In this document: positions 1-13,434 of the stretch, one piece after another
Layout of the letters: each line of letters begins with the position of its first letter
Numbering within the stretch: position 1 is the stretch's first letter
Assembly: GCF_006345805.1 (NCBI RefSeq)
Contig: NC_042998.1
Location: 96,658,001 to 96,722,000, forward strand
Direction of reading: 5' to 3'
DNA from: Octopus sinensis
Taxonomy: Eukaryota
Length of the DNA stretch: 64,000 bases
The notes under the pieces: generated by a model
The model's input: only the letters and a program-made list of their open reading frames with translations
Told to the model about the DNA's origin: nothing
The model's database searches: none
Program-made: the position numbers and the translations under genes

Positions 1-1083
1 CGAACGAGTAGAGGCGCATGGCTTAGTGGTTAGGATGTTGCACTAACAATTGCAAGATTGTTGTTTCGATTCTTCGACCGGGTGGTGCGTTGTGTTGTTG
101 AGCCCCAATGCTCCAGTCCACTCGGCTGTAAATGAGTAGCTTTTGTCGGACTGGCGTTCCGTTCAAAGGAGATGTCATCTCGGTCACTTACACGCTATCA
201 ATACCAGGTCCTATGAGTCGTAATGTCTGGCTAGTCTTATTTACTTTTTACTACAAATAAAATTGCCATTCCCCAGCATATAATGCTTATTTATTTTCAA
301 TAAGTAGGTTATTTCAATCAAGAAATCTGTTTAAGAAGGCATGGCAAAAAAAAAAGAAAAAGAAAGAAACAAAGAAAAAATTAAAACGAAATAAAAGTAA
401 AATATTCGTTTGAGTGACTGTGTATATGGCTCTCAATATTTCTCTGATGATCCGAGGCTGGGTGTGTTGACAAAATATAATAAAACATCTTAGTATTGAT
501 AATCAATAGATATCACTAAAAGAAAGCAGAAATAATCCTTTAGAAACTGTGCTTCAAGATAGTGAACCGATTTAATAAGAACAAATAAAGCTTTGTGAAG
601 AAGCTAAATTTACTTTGGTTTACTTTTTGGTGTTGATTAAATTAATTTAACCTTTTTTTTTCTGTCAGCTTCTTTTCTTTCAAAATCAATATATCGATAA
701 TGCAACAATATTAGATTAATCGATAATTCAACAATATTTCGGAAAAGAAAATAAGGTTTTCTTCAATTACTAAAGTGTGTAATCGTTAACAATGTCAACC
801 TCACGTCTATTGACACTCATCGAAAATACGATAGAAACGAGGAATCAAGTTAAGCTATGTTGATTCAACTGATAAAATATAGGATGACACAGGAAATATC
901 TTTCTCGTCAGTGGGGAGTAGTAAAGTAATTACCTCTTCAATCGCTATAGTTTAGTAAAGTATATCACATTTGAATGTCTAATACATATGTAGAGGGGGA
1001 GAGATAGAAAAAGAGGGAGAGAGAAAGATTTGCGTTTTTCATTCTTTGTATTTTTACTGTATCGTTTTCTGTGCAGAATCTTC

Positions 1084-1304
1084 CACGAGCGGGTGTTGAA
1101 CATGTCCTGGCTCTGGGTAAAAGAAAATACTGAAAGATCAGATAATTATGATTTTATTCAACTTATCCCCCTTCTCAGGTTCACACATTTACTGCAGCGG
1201 TCCTTCAGTTTTTCTAAGCCCTTAAAAGAACTCGGGTGGTTGGGCCTCCAACCAAGCCTTTCGCGACACCCTTAAAGCCAGGAACTTTTCAGCACCCCTT
1301 CGTA
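1084..1304 (-). mobile_element. Mariner-derived internally deleted element (MITE)
   Basis: TIRs of the type TACGA(A/G)GGGTGCTGAAAAGTTCCTGGCT at both ends. Minus strand encodes KGLEKLKDRCSKCVNLRRG*VE* (mariner transposase C-terminus). Another end of the same family lies at ~7843-7925. Confidence 0.85.
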
Positions 1305-1774
1305 TGACAATTAGCTGTGTGGTAGTTGGGTTGAACGACAGAAACTGAAAGGACATTGGTTAAAAGAATTAGCCTTTATTTTTGAAAGGAAAAGATCAGA
1401 TATCTAGGTTTTAGTCCGTTAAGTAAATCATAAATGTGTGGGGGTGGGTGTCTACTTTAACCTGTTTAAGAAAATCTGTCACGGCGAAACTTCGAAGTCA
1501 CTTTCTATATTTTACTTCTAAATACACAAACGCACACGCAAACACACATACAAATATACACAAACTCACACTAACACACACACACACACATGGTTTCTTT
1601 GTATAGAATACACTTTGTAGTGCTCAAGAGATTTGAACTTGAGCTGGTAGAGAAGTAAATGTAAGGACAAGCAAGTTTAGGCAAGTCAATAGACAAAATG
1701 TATTGAATATATTTAATACAAAAATTGTATTTAATATTTTCTGTATTTGACTGGCCTAACTTGCTATATGTATT

Positions 1775-1801
1775 ATACATATATATATATATATATGTAT
1801 A

Positions 1802-1898
<97 letters not shown>

Positions 1899-2265
1899 CA
1901 TACATACATACATACATACATACATACATACATACATACATACATACACACACGACATACATATATATATATATACATACATATGTAGTATGTATGTATG
2001 TATATGTACGTATTAATGCATAATATATATTATTTAAATTATTATATGATTGAACGCCACGCATCCATTTCCAAGTAATATATCTTGATTCCTATCCTGT
2101 ACTGTTCCCTCTCTCTTTCTTTCTCTCCTTTCGTTTCCTTTCTCTTCCTCTAATTCTTTTTATTGGTACATACAGTATTCGTCTTTGTAAATTCCAACTA
2201 TACATACATACATACATACATACATATGCATACATATATATATATGTGCATACATACATACATAT

Positions 2266-2323
<58 letters not shown>

Positions 2324-2682
2324 CTGCATACATATATACATACATATGCATACATATATACATACATATACATATATATACATACATACATATACTATAT
2401 ATATATACATACATACATACATATATATTATATATATATATTATATAATATATATATATATAATATACATACATATGTATGTATGTAATTCTAACTATAC
2501 ATAGATACATACATACATATGCATACATATATACATACATATACATATATATACATACACACATTATATACATACATATATATATATATACATACATACA
2601 TATGTATGTATGTATGTATATATATATATATATATTATATGTATATGTATGTATATAATGTGTGTATGTATATGTATGTATG

Positions 2683-2727
<45 letters not shown>

Positions 2728-2779
2728 GTATGTATATAATGTGTGTATGTATATATATGTATATGTTTGCATATGTATG

Positions 2780-2812
<33 letters not shown>

Positions 2813-2852
2813 GCACATATATATATATATATGTATGCATATGTATGTATGC

Positions 2853-2883
<31 letters not shown>

Positions 2884-2905
2884 TGTATGTATGTATGTAT
2901 GTATA
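1775..2905. repeat. (TA)n/(TACA)n/(TATG)n microsatellite fields
   Basis: Direct reading. Equivalent fields at ~4000-4270, 6100-6420, 8650-8870, 13215-13625, 34500-34620, 36455-36595, 36715-36780, 48370-48450, 48930-49050, 49890-50340. Confidence 0.97.
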
Positions 2906-3692
2906 GTTGGAATTTACAAAAGACGAATACTGGTGTATAAAGAACAAATAGGTGTATTAGTTTAACGCTCGGGAAGGTGAGAAATTCTTTTGCGTTTCGA
3001 GGCTAGGCTCTTCAACAAAAAGGAGCACGAGAAAGAAAGGAGGGAGGATGAAAAAGTTTTAGCTGCTAGCGGTCAATCATGGCAGTTAGCGATCAATCAT
3101 GGCAGTTAGCGGTCAATCATAGCGGTTAACGGTCAATCATGGCTGCTGGCTGGACGGAGGTGGTCAGAGAGGAGAGCTAGGAAGAAGGGGAGACAATAAA
3201 GTAGTGGTGATCCCAAAACGAAGGTGCGTGTGCGTATGTAGGTGTGTACGTCTGTAATGTGTGGGTGCTGGGAAGTGGTCAGTGCTGGTGTGTGCGGGGT
3301 GGTGTGATGTGGTGTAGTGTGGTGTAGGTGCTGGGAAGTGGTAAGTGCTAGTGTGTATGGAGTGGTGTGGTGTGGTGATGTATGGTGTTTTGTGTTGTGG
3401 TGTGATGATGGGTGGTGTGTGGTGGTGCGGTGTGGGAGTAGGGGTGGGACATGTGGGTGTGGGGTATGTGGGAGTGTGGTGTGTGGGGGTGGGAATGAGA
3501 CAGGATGAGAGAGAAAAACCAAAGGAGAAGGGGAGATAAAAAGAATTAGAGGAAGAGAAAGGAAACGAAAGGAGAGAACGAAAGAGAGAGGGAACAGTAC
3601 AGGATAGGAATTAAGATATACTTACTTGGAAATGGATGCGTGGCGTTCAATCATATAATAATTTAAATAATATATATATGCATAAATACGTA
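2007..3692. mobile_element. Non-autonomous element with ~157-bp inverted arms, probably Penelope-derived
   Basis: 2007-2163 is the reverse complement of 3536-3692. A nested inverted pair lies at 2174-2200/2900-2932, and a TTGAAGAG...CGAAACG motif (minus, 2961-3016) resembles PLE pseudo-LTRs. The interior is filled with microsatellite and low-complexity sequence. Confidence 0.5.
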
Positions 3693-3702
3693 CCATACAA
3701 CA

Positions 3703-3734
<32 letters not shown>

Positions 3735-4218
3735 CATAATATACATACATATATATAATATTATATATATATGCATATATGAGTACAGGACGTCACAAAA
3801 CGTAAACAACATGAATTACAAAAACCTGGAATACAAACTCTTTTTTGAGAACAACGAAAGAAACAAATGGAAAAACAACACAAGAACCATAAAAACGACC
3901 CCACCTTTCGTTTTTTCTCTCTCATTTTGTCTTTAATTCTTTTTTCACCCCTTCACCGTTTTGTATCTGTCCCACTCATCCATTTCCAAGTAAGTTTATA
4001 GATAGATAGATAGATATATACATACATACATACATGCATACATACATACATACATACATATATATATCTATATATATATATATTATATATATATACACAC
4101 ATATGTGTATATATATATATATACATACACATATGTACATATATACATATATATATAGAGAGAGAGAGTGAGAGAGTGAGAAAGTGAGAGAGTGAGAAAG
4201 TGAGAGAGAGAGATGCAT

Positions 4219-4268
<50 letters not shown>

Positions 4269-4964
4269 TGCGTATCCATACACACATACACAACACAAAC
4301 GCAGATACAACACATACATAAATCTATGCACCGCATATGTACAAACGTTTAAATATTAATGCTTACGTATGACCATTTGTTCGGCGGGGAGGTGTACTCC
4401 CGCCCCACCCATCTTCTGATACTTAACCCTCCTCCCTTCACTTTTTATCCTCTTTGTTTTCTTGTAATTAAATTGTGATTCTACCTTTATGTAAATAAAA
4501 CTAAATTTTATTCAGTTCAAATAGAAAAAAAATAAAAAGATTTTTTGTTTTAGCTTTAATCTGTATCATAGTTATTTCCTAAGTTCACTTAAAATATTCT
4601 ATTATACCTAAATTTAACATTTGAGTTTATTTTATCTTAACTTATTTTCTTGCGAAGCATTTTTTTCTCTTTTTATAGCACTAACTAGTTTTAACTAAAA
4701 TAAACATTTCGTCTATTTTATCAATTCTCGCATAATTTGAATATTTTAGTTCACAGTCAGCGATATTGCTCGAATGAAGACGGGAGCACGTGTAATATTT
4801 GGCACTCTCGCACAATACTTTATCACGTTAAAGTTGGCATATATATATATATATATAACAAAATAAGTACACCACCTTATTTTGAAATTGTATGGATAAT
4901 ACCGTACTAAATTCTGGTGCCTCAACTTATTCATCTGAATCAAAATTTTTACTAAACTCATATT

Positions 4965-4997
<33 letters not shown>

Positions 4998-5020
4998 GAT
5001 AGATATAGATATATACATAC

Positions 5021-5086
<66 letters not shown>

Positions 5087-5170
5087 GATGAGACTATTAT
5101 TTCTGGCATGATGGTACATCTTCGGTACCCTTAATTATATATATATATATATATATACATATATATATAC

Positions 5171-5221
<51 letters not shown>

Positions 5222-6343
5222 TAGACAGATAAATGTATCTCTCTCTTTATAGCTCTTTCTCTCCCTCTCCCTTTATATATAATATATAAATATATATATA
5301 TGAATGTATTTATCTGTCTATCTGTTCCCCTTTCTCTCTCCCTTTCTCTCTCTCTCTCTCTCTCTCTCCTTATTTATATATATATTGATATGTATGACTC
5401 AGCTTCTACTTTGGTATATCAGACAGATTTAAGTATGAGATATTCAGATATCAATACTTAGTCAGGTGTACGTAACACTCTATGTACAGATGTCTATTTC
5501 CTTTGGTTTCTTTATCGGTGATATTTTTCCACTAGTAACATACAGTGTGTGAATGTGTGTGAGACAATTTATTCCAATATTCGTGTATTTATGTTTTCTT
5601 CTACAACTGTGTATGTCGCGTACGTTTTGCGGTAACTTTATATAATACATTAGTAATAGCACCATTTCCAATGCTGTGCACTTTCTCTATTACATAAGAT
5701 ATTTGCTTTGGGATTTGTTTTGAGAATATATCTTAATCTCCTTATCTCTCTCTCACACGCACATAAACACACACATACACACACATACATACAAACACAC
5801 ACATACACACACACTCACACTCATATACGTATGCATGTATATGTGTCAAATAAATAGTATCTCGTACACTAGCCGTTGTACTGCATACTATAAGCATATT
5901 TATTACAAAATTGTATTTCTTATATCAGAACAGCAGTGTGGTCTTAGAATTCCAAAGCAACTTTTCTGTTATCTGTTTACACACACAAACACACAACACA
6001 CGCACACACTATAATATTATTTAGCTATGTGCAATAGCATGAAAACACAGAGAAAATTCTGTACTGGTGTTGAATGAATATTTGTATGGGCAAACATTTT
6101 CATACATACATACATACATACATACATACGATACACATACATACATACATACATACATACATACATACATACATACATACATACATACATACATACATAC
6201 ATACGGTACACATGGCATATACGCAGGCATACATTTGAGTGGTTTTGTCTTTCGAATTTCTCACTAATGGAAATGGTTTCTAACCTTGAAACAACTTAGA
6301 TTGGTTATGTATGTACGTATTGTATGTATATACGTATGCATGT

Positions 6344-6412
<69 letters not shown>

Positions 6413-6523
6413 GTGTATGTGTGTATGTATGTATTTAAGTGTGTATGTATGTAAATACTAATTACTCAGACACGGGGGATTACTCGCGTGTATGTATATA
6501 TATATATATTATATATATATATA

Positions 6524-7430
6524 TACTAGCTGACGAACCCGGAAATTCCCGGGAAAGCGAGGCTTATCCCTTGGTTCCGTTCTCATAATTGTATCGCTAA
6601 TCCAATAACAACAATACAAAGTATGTAGCCCTTAAAACGGTTTTTGCGTATTTACTGAGAATACCGAACTGTCTTACACAGGATCTTGTTGTTAGGAATT
6701 CCCAATAAATTACGAAAACCCAAATTGTGAAGTCAATTATGTATTAACATGAAATTAGTTACCCGATTGTAAGAATTCAAATAAAGTAGCTCCGAAAAGG
6801 GATTTAATGCGTTCCCAGAGTATATAGAACTTAGGAGGAAATATTAATAAGGTATGTATACCAAACTCGTGAAGCATGTTACGTAATAATAGGCAAATCA
6901 GATATGAGATAATAACAACTCAAAGTAAATAACTACGAAAAGGGTTTTTGGGCGTTCCCAGAGAATATTCCCCTCAGGGGCGCTAGTGTTGATATATTCG
7001 TCAATAAGTGGATCTATTGTTTAGGAAAATACTATTTACTCGTTTAAGGGTTGTACTGGATAAATTGCGAAAATAACTCCAACAGTTCAAATACTAAGAA
7101 ATAAGCATACTCAATTTCATTTTTACCAAATAATTTAAGAAATGAATGGACTATTTCCTTTGACTACATATAAGGATCCCTTCCCGGGGCGAATGGGTTA
7201 TTTTCCTTGGCTTTTAAAATAAAATATATTAGATATATATAAGGATCCCTTCCAGGGGCCCGATTATCGATTTTTTTTTTTCAACAATCTGAGTATGCCA
7301 TAATGTTTCCAGATATGAGTCCTACTCACGTGTCAAAATTCATCATAATCGATAAAACGATGTAGGAGGAGTTAGCTAACAACTCCACAAACACACCTAC
7401 GTACAGAATTTTCCATATATGTAGTATATA
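6524..7430 (+). mobile_element. Non-autonomous Helitron-like (Lep1/DINE-type) element
   Basis: Starts TACTAGCTGACGAACCCGG after a (TA)n tract and ends with ...caaaatttcatcataatcg...gtaggaggagttagc...acaaac...tatatgtagtat, typical of this class. Internal short duplications (gcgttcccagag x2, ggatcccttcc x2). Confidence 0.6.
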
Positions 7431-7997
7431 TAAACTTTATTCTTTTATTATTTTATTTATTTCAGTTATTTAAATGCAGCCATGCTGGAACACTGCCTTT
7501 AGTCGAACAAATCGACCCCGGGACTTATTCTTTGTAAGCTTAGTACTTATTCTATCTGACTCTTTTGCCGAACCGCTAAGTTTCGGGGACATAGACACGT
7601 GGCGGCGAAAATTTCCAACACCTTTTGTAACCAGTTTGACGTTGTAACTTTTAAATGAGCGTTTTAATACAAGTAGGTTTGTCCATAATATTGCACATTC
7701 TTTATAACTATTAATAAATACAATTGAGTCAATATTAATAGAAATAGATACAGTTATATAAAAACAATAGTTATAGTCATGAATAATAGTAATGATAATG
7801 CAGACATACCCATGCAAAAATATAATATATACATGCATACATGTATGAGGAGTGCTGAAAAGTTCCTGGCTGTACGGGTATCACAAAAGGCTTATTTGGT
7901 GGCCCATCCTTCCGAATTCTTCTATACGTTTCCGTCAGCTCGCCGCCTTCCCCCATACAAATACACACACACACACCACACACACACACACACACAC

Positions 7998-8030
<33 letters not shown>

Positions 8031-8708
8031 TACTGTCAGTATTTCATATATCCGAAAACGAAGCACACTCCAAAGCATTAGATCAGTAATGTATTTTTAG
8101 GAAGTTAATTTTTATGGTCGTGGAGGTAATATGACTTAATGGTTAGATCAGCGCACTAGCGGTCGAGGGATCGCGGGTTCGAATCTCAGACCGGGCGATA
8201 TGTGTGTTTATGAGCGAAACACTTCAGCTCCACGAAGCTCCGGCAGAAGGTAATGGCGAACTTCTTTCACTCTTTCCTCCTTTCATCTAGGAACCTATAG
8301 ACCAAGCATGGCTCGAGAAGGAATGAGCAACAACGAACAATTGTTATGGTCGATCAGAGTGTGACCATTAGCTTCACACCTATAAGGTGCTTTATAGGTG
8401 CGAAACCAATGGTTACTCTCTGACCAGCCATAAAAATTAACTAAATACTGTCTTAATATCTAAAATATTCACCGGTTAAATTTCCAAAACAGACACAAAA
8501 AATAAATGAGTGGAAATTGAACCTGTGGGTGTGTTAAGTATTAAGGCAGTATCACTCTGCCCAGATACGGCAAAATTTGCTTCAACACACGAATTCACAT
8601 AAAGAATCTTGCAATCTAGATACATAAAAAAAACGAAGTAGGTATAATATATAATATATATATATGTATGTATATGTATGTAAGTATATGTATGTATGTA
8701 TGTATATA

Positions 8709-8750
<42 letters not shown>

Positions 8751-8797
8751 GTGTATATGTATGTATGTGTGTATATGTATGTATATATGTATGTATA

Positions 8798-8830
<33 letters not shown>

Positions 8831-8871
8831 ATGTATATGTATGTAAGTATGTATGTAGGTATGTATGTATT

Positions 8872-10682
8872 TATGAGTCAGTTGTGGATGAAACTGATTG
8901 ATACTCTGCAACAAAGACCTATCATTGGCTCCTTAAATTCCACGCGCTCAATAGATGAGGTAATGACATCAATAAGTAAATTGAATCTTGGTAGGGCACA
9001 TGGAATGGATGGAATCTGTGCTGAGGTCTTGCAATTTGGTGGTGATTACATCATACAGTCCCTTCATGAACTTATTAGTGCAGTCTGGAGGAATAGTGCA
9101 GTACCTAAAGACTGGAAGGATTCAATTATTCTTCCCCTCTATAAAGGAAAGGGAGCCAGAACAATGTGTGGTAACTACAGAGGTATTGCTTTACTATCAG
9201 CTGCTGGCAAGGTTCTGGCAAATATTCTTCTTACCCGCCTGAACGGGTGTCTCGTAAATGATGTCCTATCTGAATATCAATGTGGCTTCCGATCTGGTAG
9301 AGGAACAATGGATATGATTTTCACTGCAAGACAGATGCAGGAGAAATGCTATGAGCAAAGTATGGATCTTGTCCAGGTATTCATTGATTTAACGAAGGCC
9401 TTTGGTACTGTAAATGGGGCCTTGCTATGGAAAATACTTGACAAACTTGGATGTCCGGATCACTTTGTATCTATAATTAAATCCTTTCATGATGGGGTGG
9501 ACGCTTGGGTCAATGTTGGTGGTGGAATGGCGGGACCCATTCCTGTAGAGAATGGTATCAAGCAGGGTGCCATCCTTGCCTCAACTCTCTTTTCCTTGTA
9601 CTTTGCTGTTGCTTTTACTCATGCTTTTTCTAAGGTTAGTCTCTGGTAATATATGACAAGTATCGATTTTCCAATTCAAAAGTCTTCCCGTCTCTTATTC
9701 GTGACTTCCTTTAAGCAGATGACTGTGACTTAGTCACTCATAGAGTGAATGATATGCAAATACTTAATAATCGTATTTCTGCTTCCTGCACGGCATTTGG
9801 ACTCAGCATTAGCCTGAACAAGACTGTTGTAATGTTCCAACCTGCACCAGGAAATCTATATGTGGAACCAGCTATCTTGGTTGAAGGAAAAATTCTGAAA
9901 GTGATAGACAAGTTTGTCTACCTGGGCAGCACACTCAGCCGTTCTTGCTCTCTGGATGATGAAATTTCTTTCAGGCCGCAGAGAGCAACTGATTCCTTCC
10001 GGTCTCTTCAGTCTCGTGTCTGGTCCCAGCATGGCATCACAAAGCATGCAAAAATTGCTGTGTACAGTGCATGTGTACTGACATCACTCCTTTACTCATG
10101 TGAGACATGGATCCTTTACAAACGTCATGTAAGGGCCCTTGAGCGCTTTAATCAGAGATGTCTCAGACACACAGATTCCTGAGGACAGCTGATATCTTGA
10201 GTATTGAGGTGATGGTGCCCAAGCACCGGTTACGCTGGACTGGACACCTTATTAAAATGAAGGATAGCAGGATCCCTAAACAGATGCTATATGGGGAACT
10301 TGTGAATGGAAAGAGACCCCAGCAGAAACCAAGGCTGCGATTTAAGGACTGTGTCGAGTCCTCATTAAAGGCCTGCGATATGCAGGAAACTGACTGGAAG
10401 AGCAATGCCTGTCATCGCCACAGATGATGGAAGGTTAAGGAGGGGGTCGACACCTTTGAAAGAGCACGTATTCTGCATGAAGAACTTACAGCGTGCTGCT
10501 CTGGTGTAATGAATGGGGAAAGCTTGGTTTGCAATGTTTGCAGTCGTGTATGCTTGTCAAAAGCAGGTCTCATTAGCCACCAACGGAGCTGCAAATGCAA
10601 AATATAAGTTAGTCCTAGAGCACACAATGTTCCTGAAGGTCAACAATGGTCTTCCTCGGTCACGAGTGGACGGCCATCATAT
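8872..10682 (+). mobile_element. RTE-clade LINE, 5'-truncated, degenerate reverse transcriptase
   Basis: ORF 8696..9649 has PKDWKDSIILPLYKGKG...NYRGIALLS...QCGFRSGRGTMDMIF...FIDLTKAF...GIKQG. The YADD motif is broken to *ADD near 9712-9723. Downstream frames give FVYLGS, LLYSCETW, LRWTGH, RIPKQMLYGEL and a C2H2-like 3' end. Confidence 0.95.
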
Positions 10683-11479
10683 ATATGTACATATATATGT
10701 GTGCCTGTGTTTGTCCCCCCAACGTCGCTTGACAACCGATGCTGGTGTGTTTATGTCCCTGTAACTTAGCGGTGCGGTAAAAGATCCCGATAGAATAAGT
10801 ACTAGGTTTACAAAGACTAAGTCCTAGCGTCGATTTGCTCGACTAAAAGGCGGTGCTCCAACATGACCGCAGTCAAATGACTGAAACAAGTAAAAGAAAA
10901 AAAGAAAAGTGTGTGTGTGTGTGTGTTTGTTCTTGTTTCAGTTATTTGACTGCGTCCATATTGGAGCACCGCCTTTAGCCGAACAAATCCACCCCAGGAC
11001 TTATTCTTTGTAAACCTAGTACTTATTCTATCGGTCTCTTTTGCCGTACCGCTAAGACACTTTATTTCACGTTGCCCCAGTCCACTCAGCTAGCAAAAAA
11101 TGAGTTGTACCTATAATTCAATTAGGCCAACTGTGTCACATTCTGTGTCGCGCTGAAACTCCCTGAGAACAACGTTTAACGTAGTTCTCAGTGTAAACTG
11201 TACTGTGGAGTACTCAGCCAGTTGCATGTTAATTCCACGAGCAGGTTGCTCCGTTCGGATCAACTGAACCCTTATCGTCGTAACCGACGAAGTAACCACT
11301 AACTATATCAGTAATGGTACATTTTTTTCACCCTTTTTGAGTGAACCCTTAGTGGTTAGCCATATTGATATGGCTAGTATACTTTACGTTGTCGAGCGGT
11401 TACTGTTTACATCTCGTTCAGAGATTTATTATTACTTTATTTTCTTTTTCATGTTTCTATTACTCTTTTACTCTTTTAC

Positions 11480-11868
11480 TTATTTCAGTCATTTGACTGC
11501 GGCCATGCTGGAGCACCGCCTTTAGTCGAGCAAATCGACCCCGGGACTTATTCTTTGTAAGCCCAGTACTTATTCTATCGGTCTCTTTTGCCAAACCGCT
11601 AAGTGACGGGGATGCAAACACACCAGCATCGGTTGTCAAGCAATGCTAGGGGGACTAACACAGACACACAAACACACACACACATACATATATATACATA
11701 TATACGACAGGCTTCTTTCAGTTTCCGTCTACCAAATCCACTCACAAGGCTTTGGTCGGCCCGGGGCTATAGCAGAAGACACTTGCCCAAGATGCCACGC
11801 AGTGGGACTGAACCCGGAACCATGTGGTTGGTTAGCAAGCTACTTACCACACAGCCACTCCTGCGCCT
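11480..11868 (-). mobile_element. tRNA-derived SINE family A (dominant family), full copy; internal microsatellite
   Basis: Head GGCGCAGGAGTGGCTGTGTGGTAAG...GGTTCAGTCCC (A/B-box-like), CORE-like ttgggcaagtg, tail ...gcagtcaaatgactgaaa. Partial copies at ~7455-7625(-), 10690-10895(+), 10930-11055(-), 16125-16310(-), 18385-18510(-), 30895-31075(+), 37437-37730(-), 60725-60880(+). Confidence 0.9.
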
Positions 11869-12509
11869 ATTTAATGTTGCCTTTTAATACTTTTTGCCGG
11901 TGCCTCAGTGCAGGGATTTAATAACCGATTTCCCTAGTGTTTATCGTATTTGGTTTACAGGCATTTAAAATAAAACTGCAATTACTATTTATGCGCACCT
12001 GGTTATATAAGATAACAAAACTAGAAAAAGCCATGCTTGTAAACTATTGCTTTATCTCTTTTATTAGCTACATCGCCCGAGAGAAACGAATCTGTTCATA
12101 GAATAAGCTGATATTTGATCAGCTATATGAAATACGATCTCCCGGCTGGATTGAATCGCAAGGGTTTCAGTCTGTGCTAAAAAAAATAACAGTAATTAAA
12201 GGATTTACATATATCTGTTCTTGAATCAGGCGTATAAATTGATACAGGCTTTATTCTGTTTTAGCTGCGTGTTTACGATCGTGTTCCATTTGCAGGCGTT
12301 CCTATGTCATAAATTCCAAACTTGGCAAACGTTACACCGATTATGTTATTTAGTGTAAAATTATTTAATATTCAAATGGCAAATATGCGTCACGATGTGT
12401 TACCGCTACTGTTTATAACTCGCTCTGAGATTTATCATTGTTTGATTTCACTTTTTCAATATCAGTGTCAATCGACACTGGAAAAAGTATATGTATTTGT
12501 GAAGGGAGC

Positions 12510-12732
12510 TGACTTCTCGTCGACAACCATGATTGTCTGATGAAAGGTAAACAGGCTGATGAAAGGTAAACACCTTGAAACTCGGATCCGTGTATATCAT
12601 GAGTTGAAGACGGGGAGGATGACTCCCCTTCACAAATACTGAGAGGACACAGATAGTGTGTCTATAGCCAGCTGGAGGAGATATCTTCCTGGGGCTACAA
12701 ACTACAGTAGCATCCACCCTTAGGGGTTATCC
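12510..12732 (-). mobile_element. Retroposon-like fragment inside a 336-bp segment bounded by a 29-bp direct repeat
   Basis: Contains gccccaggaagatatctcctccagctg, also seen near 42583-42610. Direct repeat at 12368-12396 and 12733-12761. Confidence 0.45.
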
Positions 12733-13434
12733 ATATTCAAATGGCAAATATGCGTCACGATATTTAATGAACGCTGTATTTAAAGCTAACCAGAAATAAT
12801 TAAGTGCTGGTGAAGCAAGAAATATTCATTAATGTGAAATATTATTTTAGTTATATTGTAAATTCCTGGCATGATTTGGTATTTTTATTACTTCAGCAGT
12901 AAAGTACAGACTTCACTGTATTTTAGCCGAAGTAGCGTCACGAGAATCATTAAACATAAGTACAAGATTGTGCATAGATTGGCATATAAAGAAACAAAAT
13001 TGCTTGGAAAATAAAAGAAAACAGGAAAAGAAAATAAAGAAAATAAAAGAAAAATAGACTAAAAATTAATTGTAATACTTGAATCACTGATAGACACATA
13101 AAAAATTCACTCATAGTATTGAATGGCACGGGGCTATAGCGGAAGACATTAAACCAAAGAGCTGTGCAGTGGGACTGAACCTGAATTTCTCAATCACTGC
13201 ACCTGCAGGTAAATAAATAGGTAAATATGTATGTGTGTATGTATGTATGTATGTATGTATGTATGTATGTATGTATGTATGTATGTATGTATGTATGTAT
13301 GTATGTATGTATGTATGTATGTATGTATGTCTTTATGTATGTATGTATGTATGTATGTATGTATGTATGTATGCATGTATGTATGTATGTATGCATGCAT
13401 GTATGTATGTATGTATGTATGTATGTATGTATGT

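Noticed and set aside
1077-1275. Apparent plus-strand exons with AG/GT signals
   Set aside because: Fully explained as a mariner-derived MITE whose transposase remnant is on the minus strand.
1571-2965. Many long ORFs rich in YI/MYVC/HT repeats (also at 8.6, 13.2, 34.3, 36.3, 48-51 and 54 kb)
   Set aside because: They are translations of (TA)n, (TATG)n and (CA)n microsatellites, which lack stops in several frames.
2961-3016. Functional hammerhead in the 2-3.7 kb element
   Set aside because: The core has C3U without compensation, stem II is only 1 bp and stem I barely pairs.
3068-3140. Short direct repeats resembling a CRISPR-like array (also the 11-mer x3 near 42445-42478)
   Set aside because: Plain tandem repeats without unique spacers, in a eukaryotic context with no cas genes.
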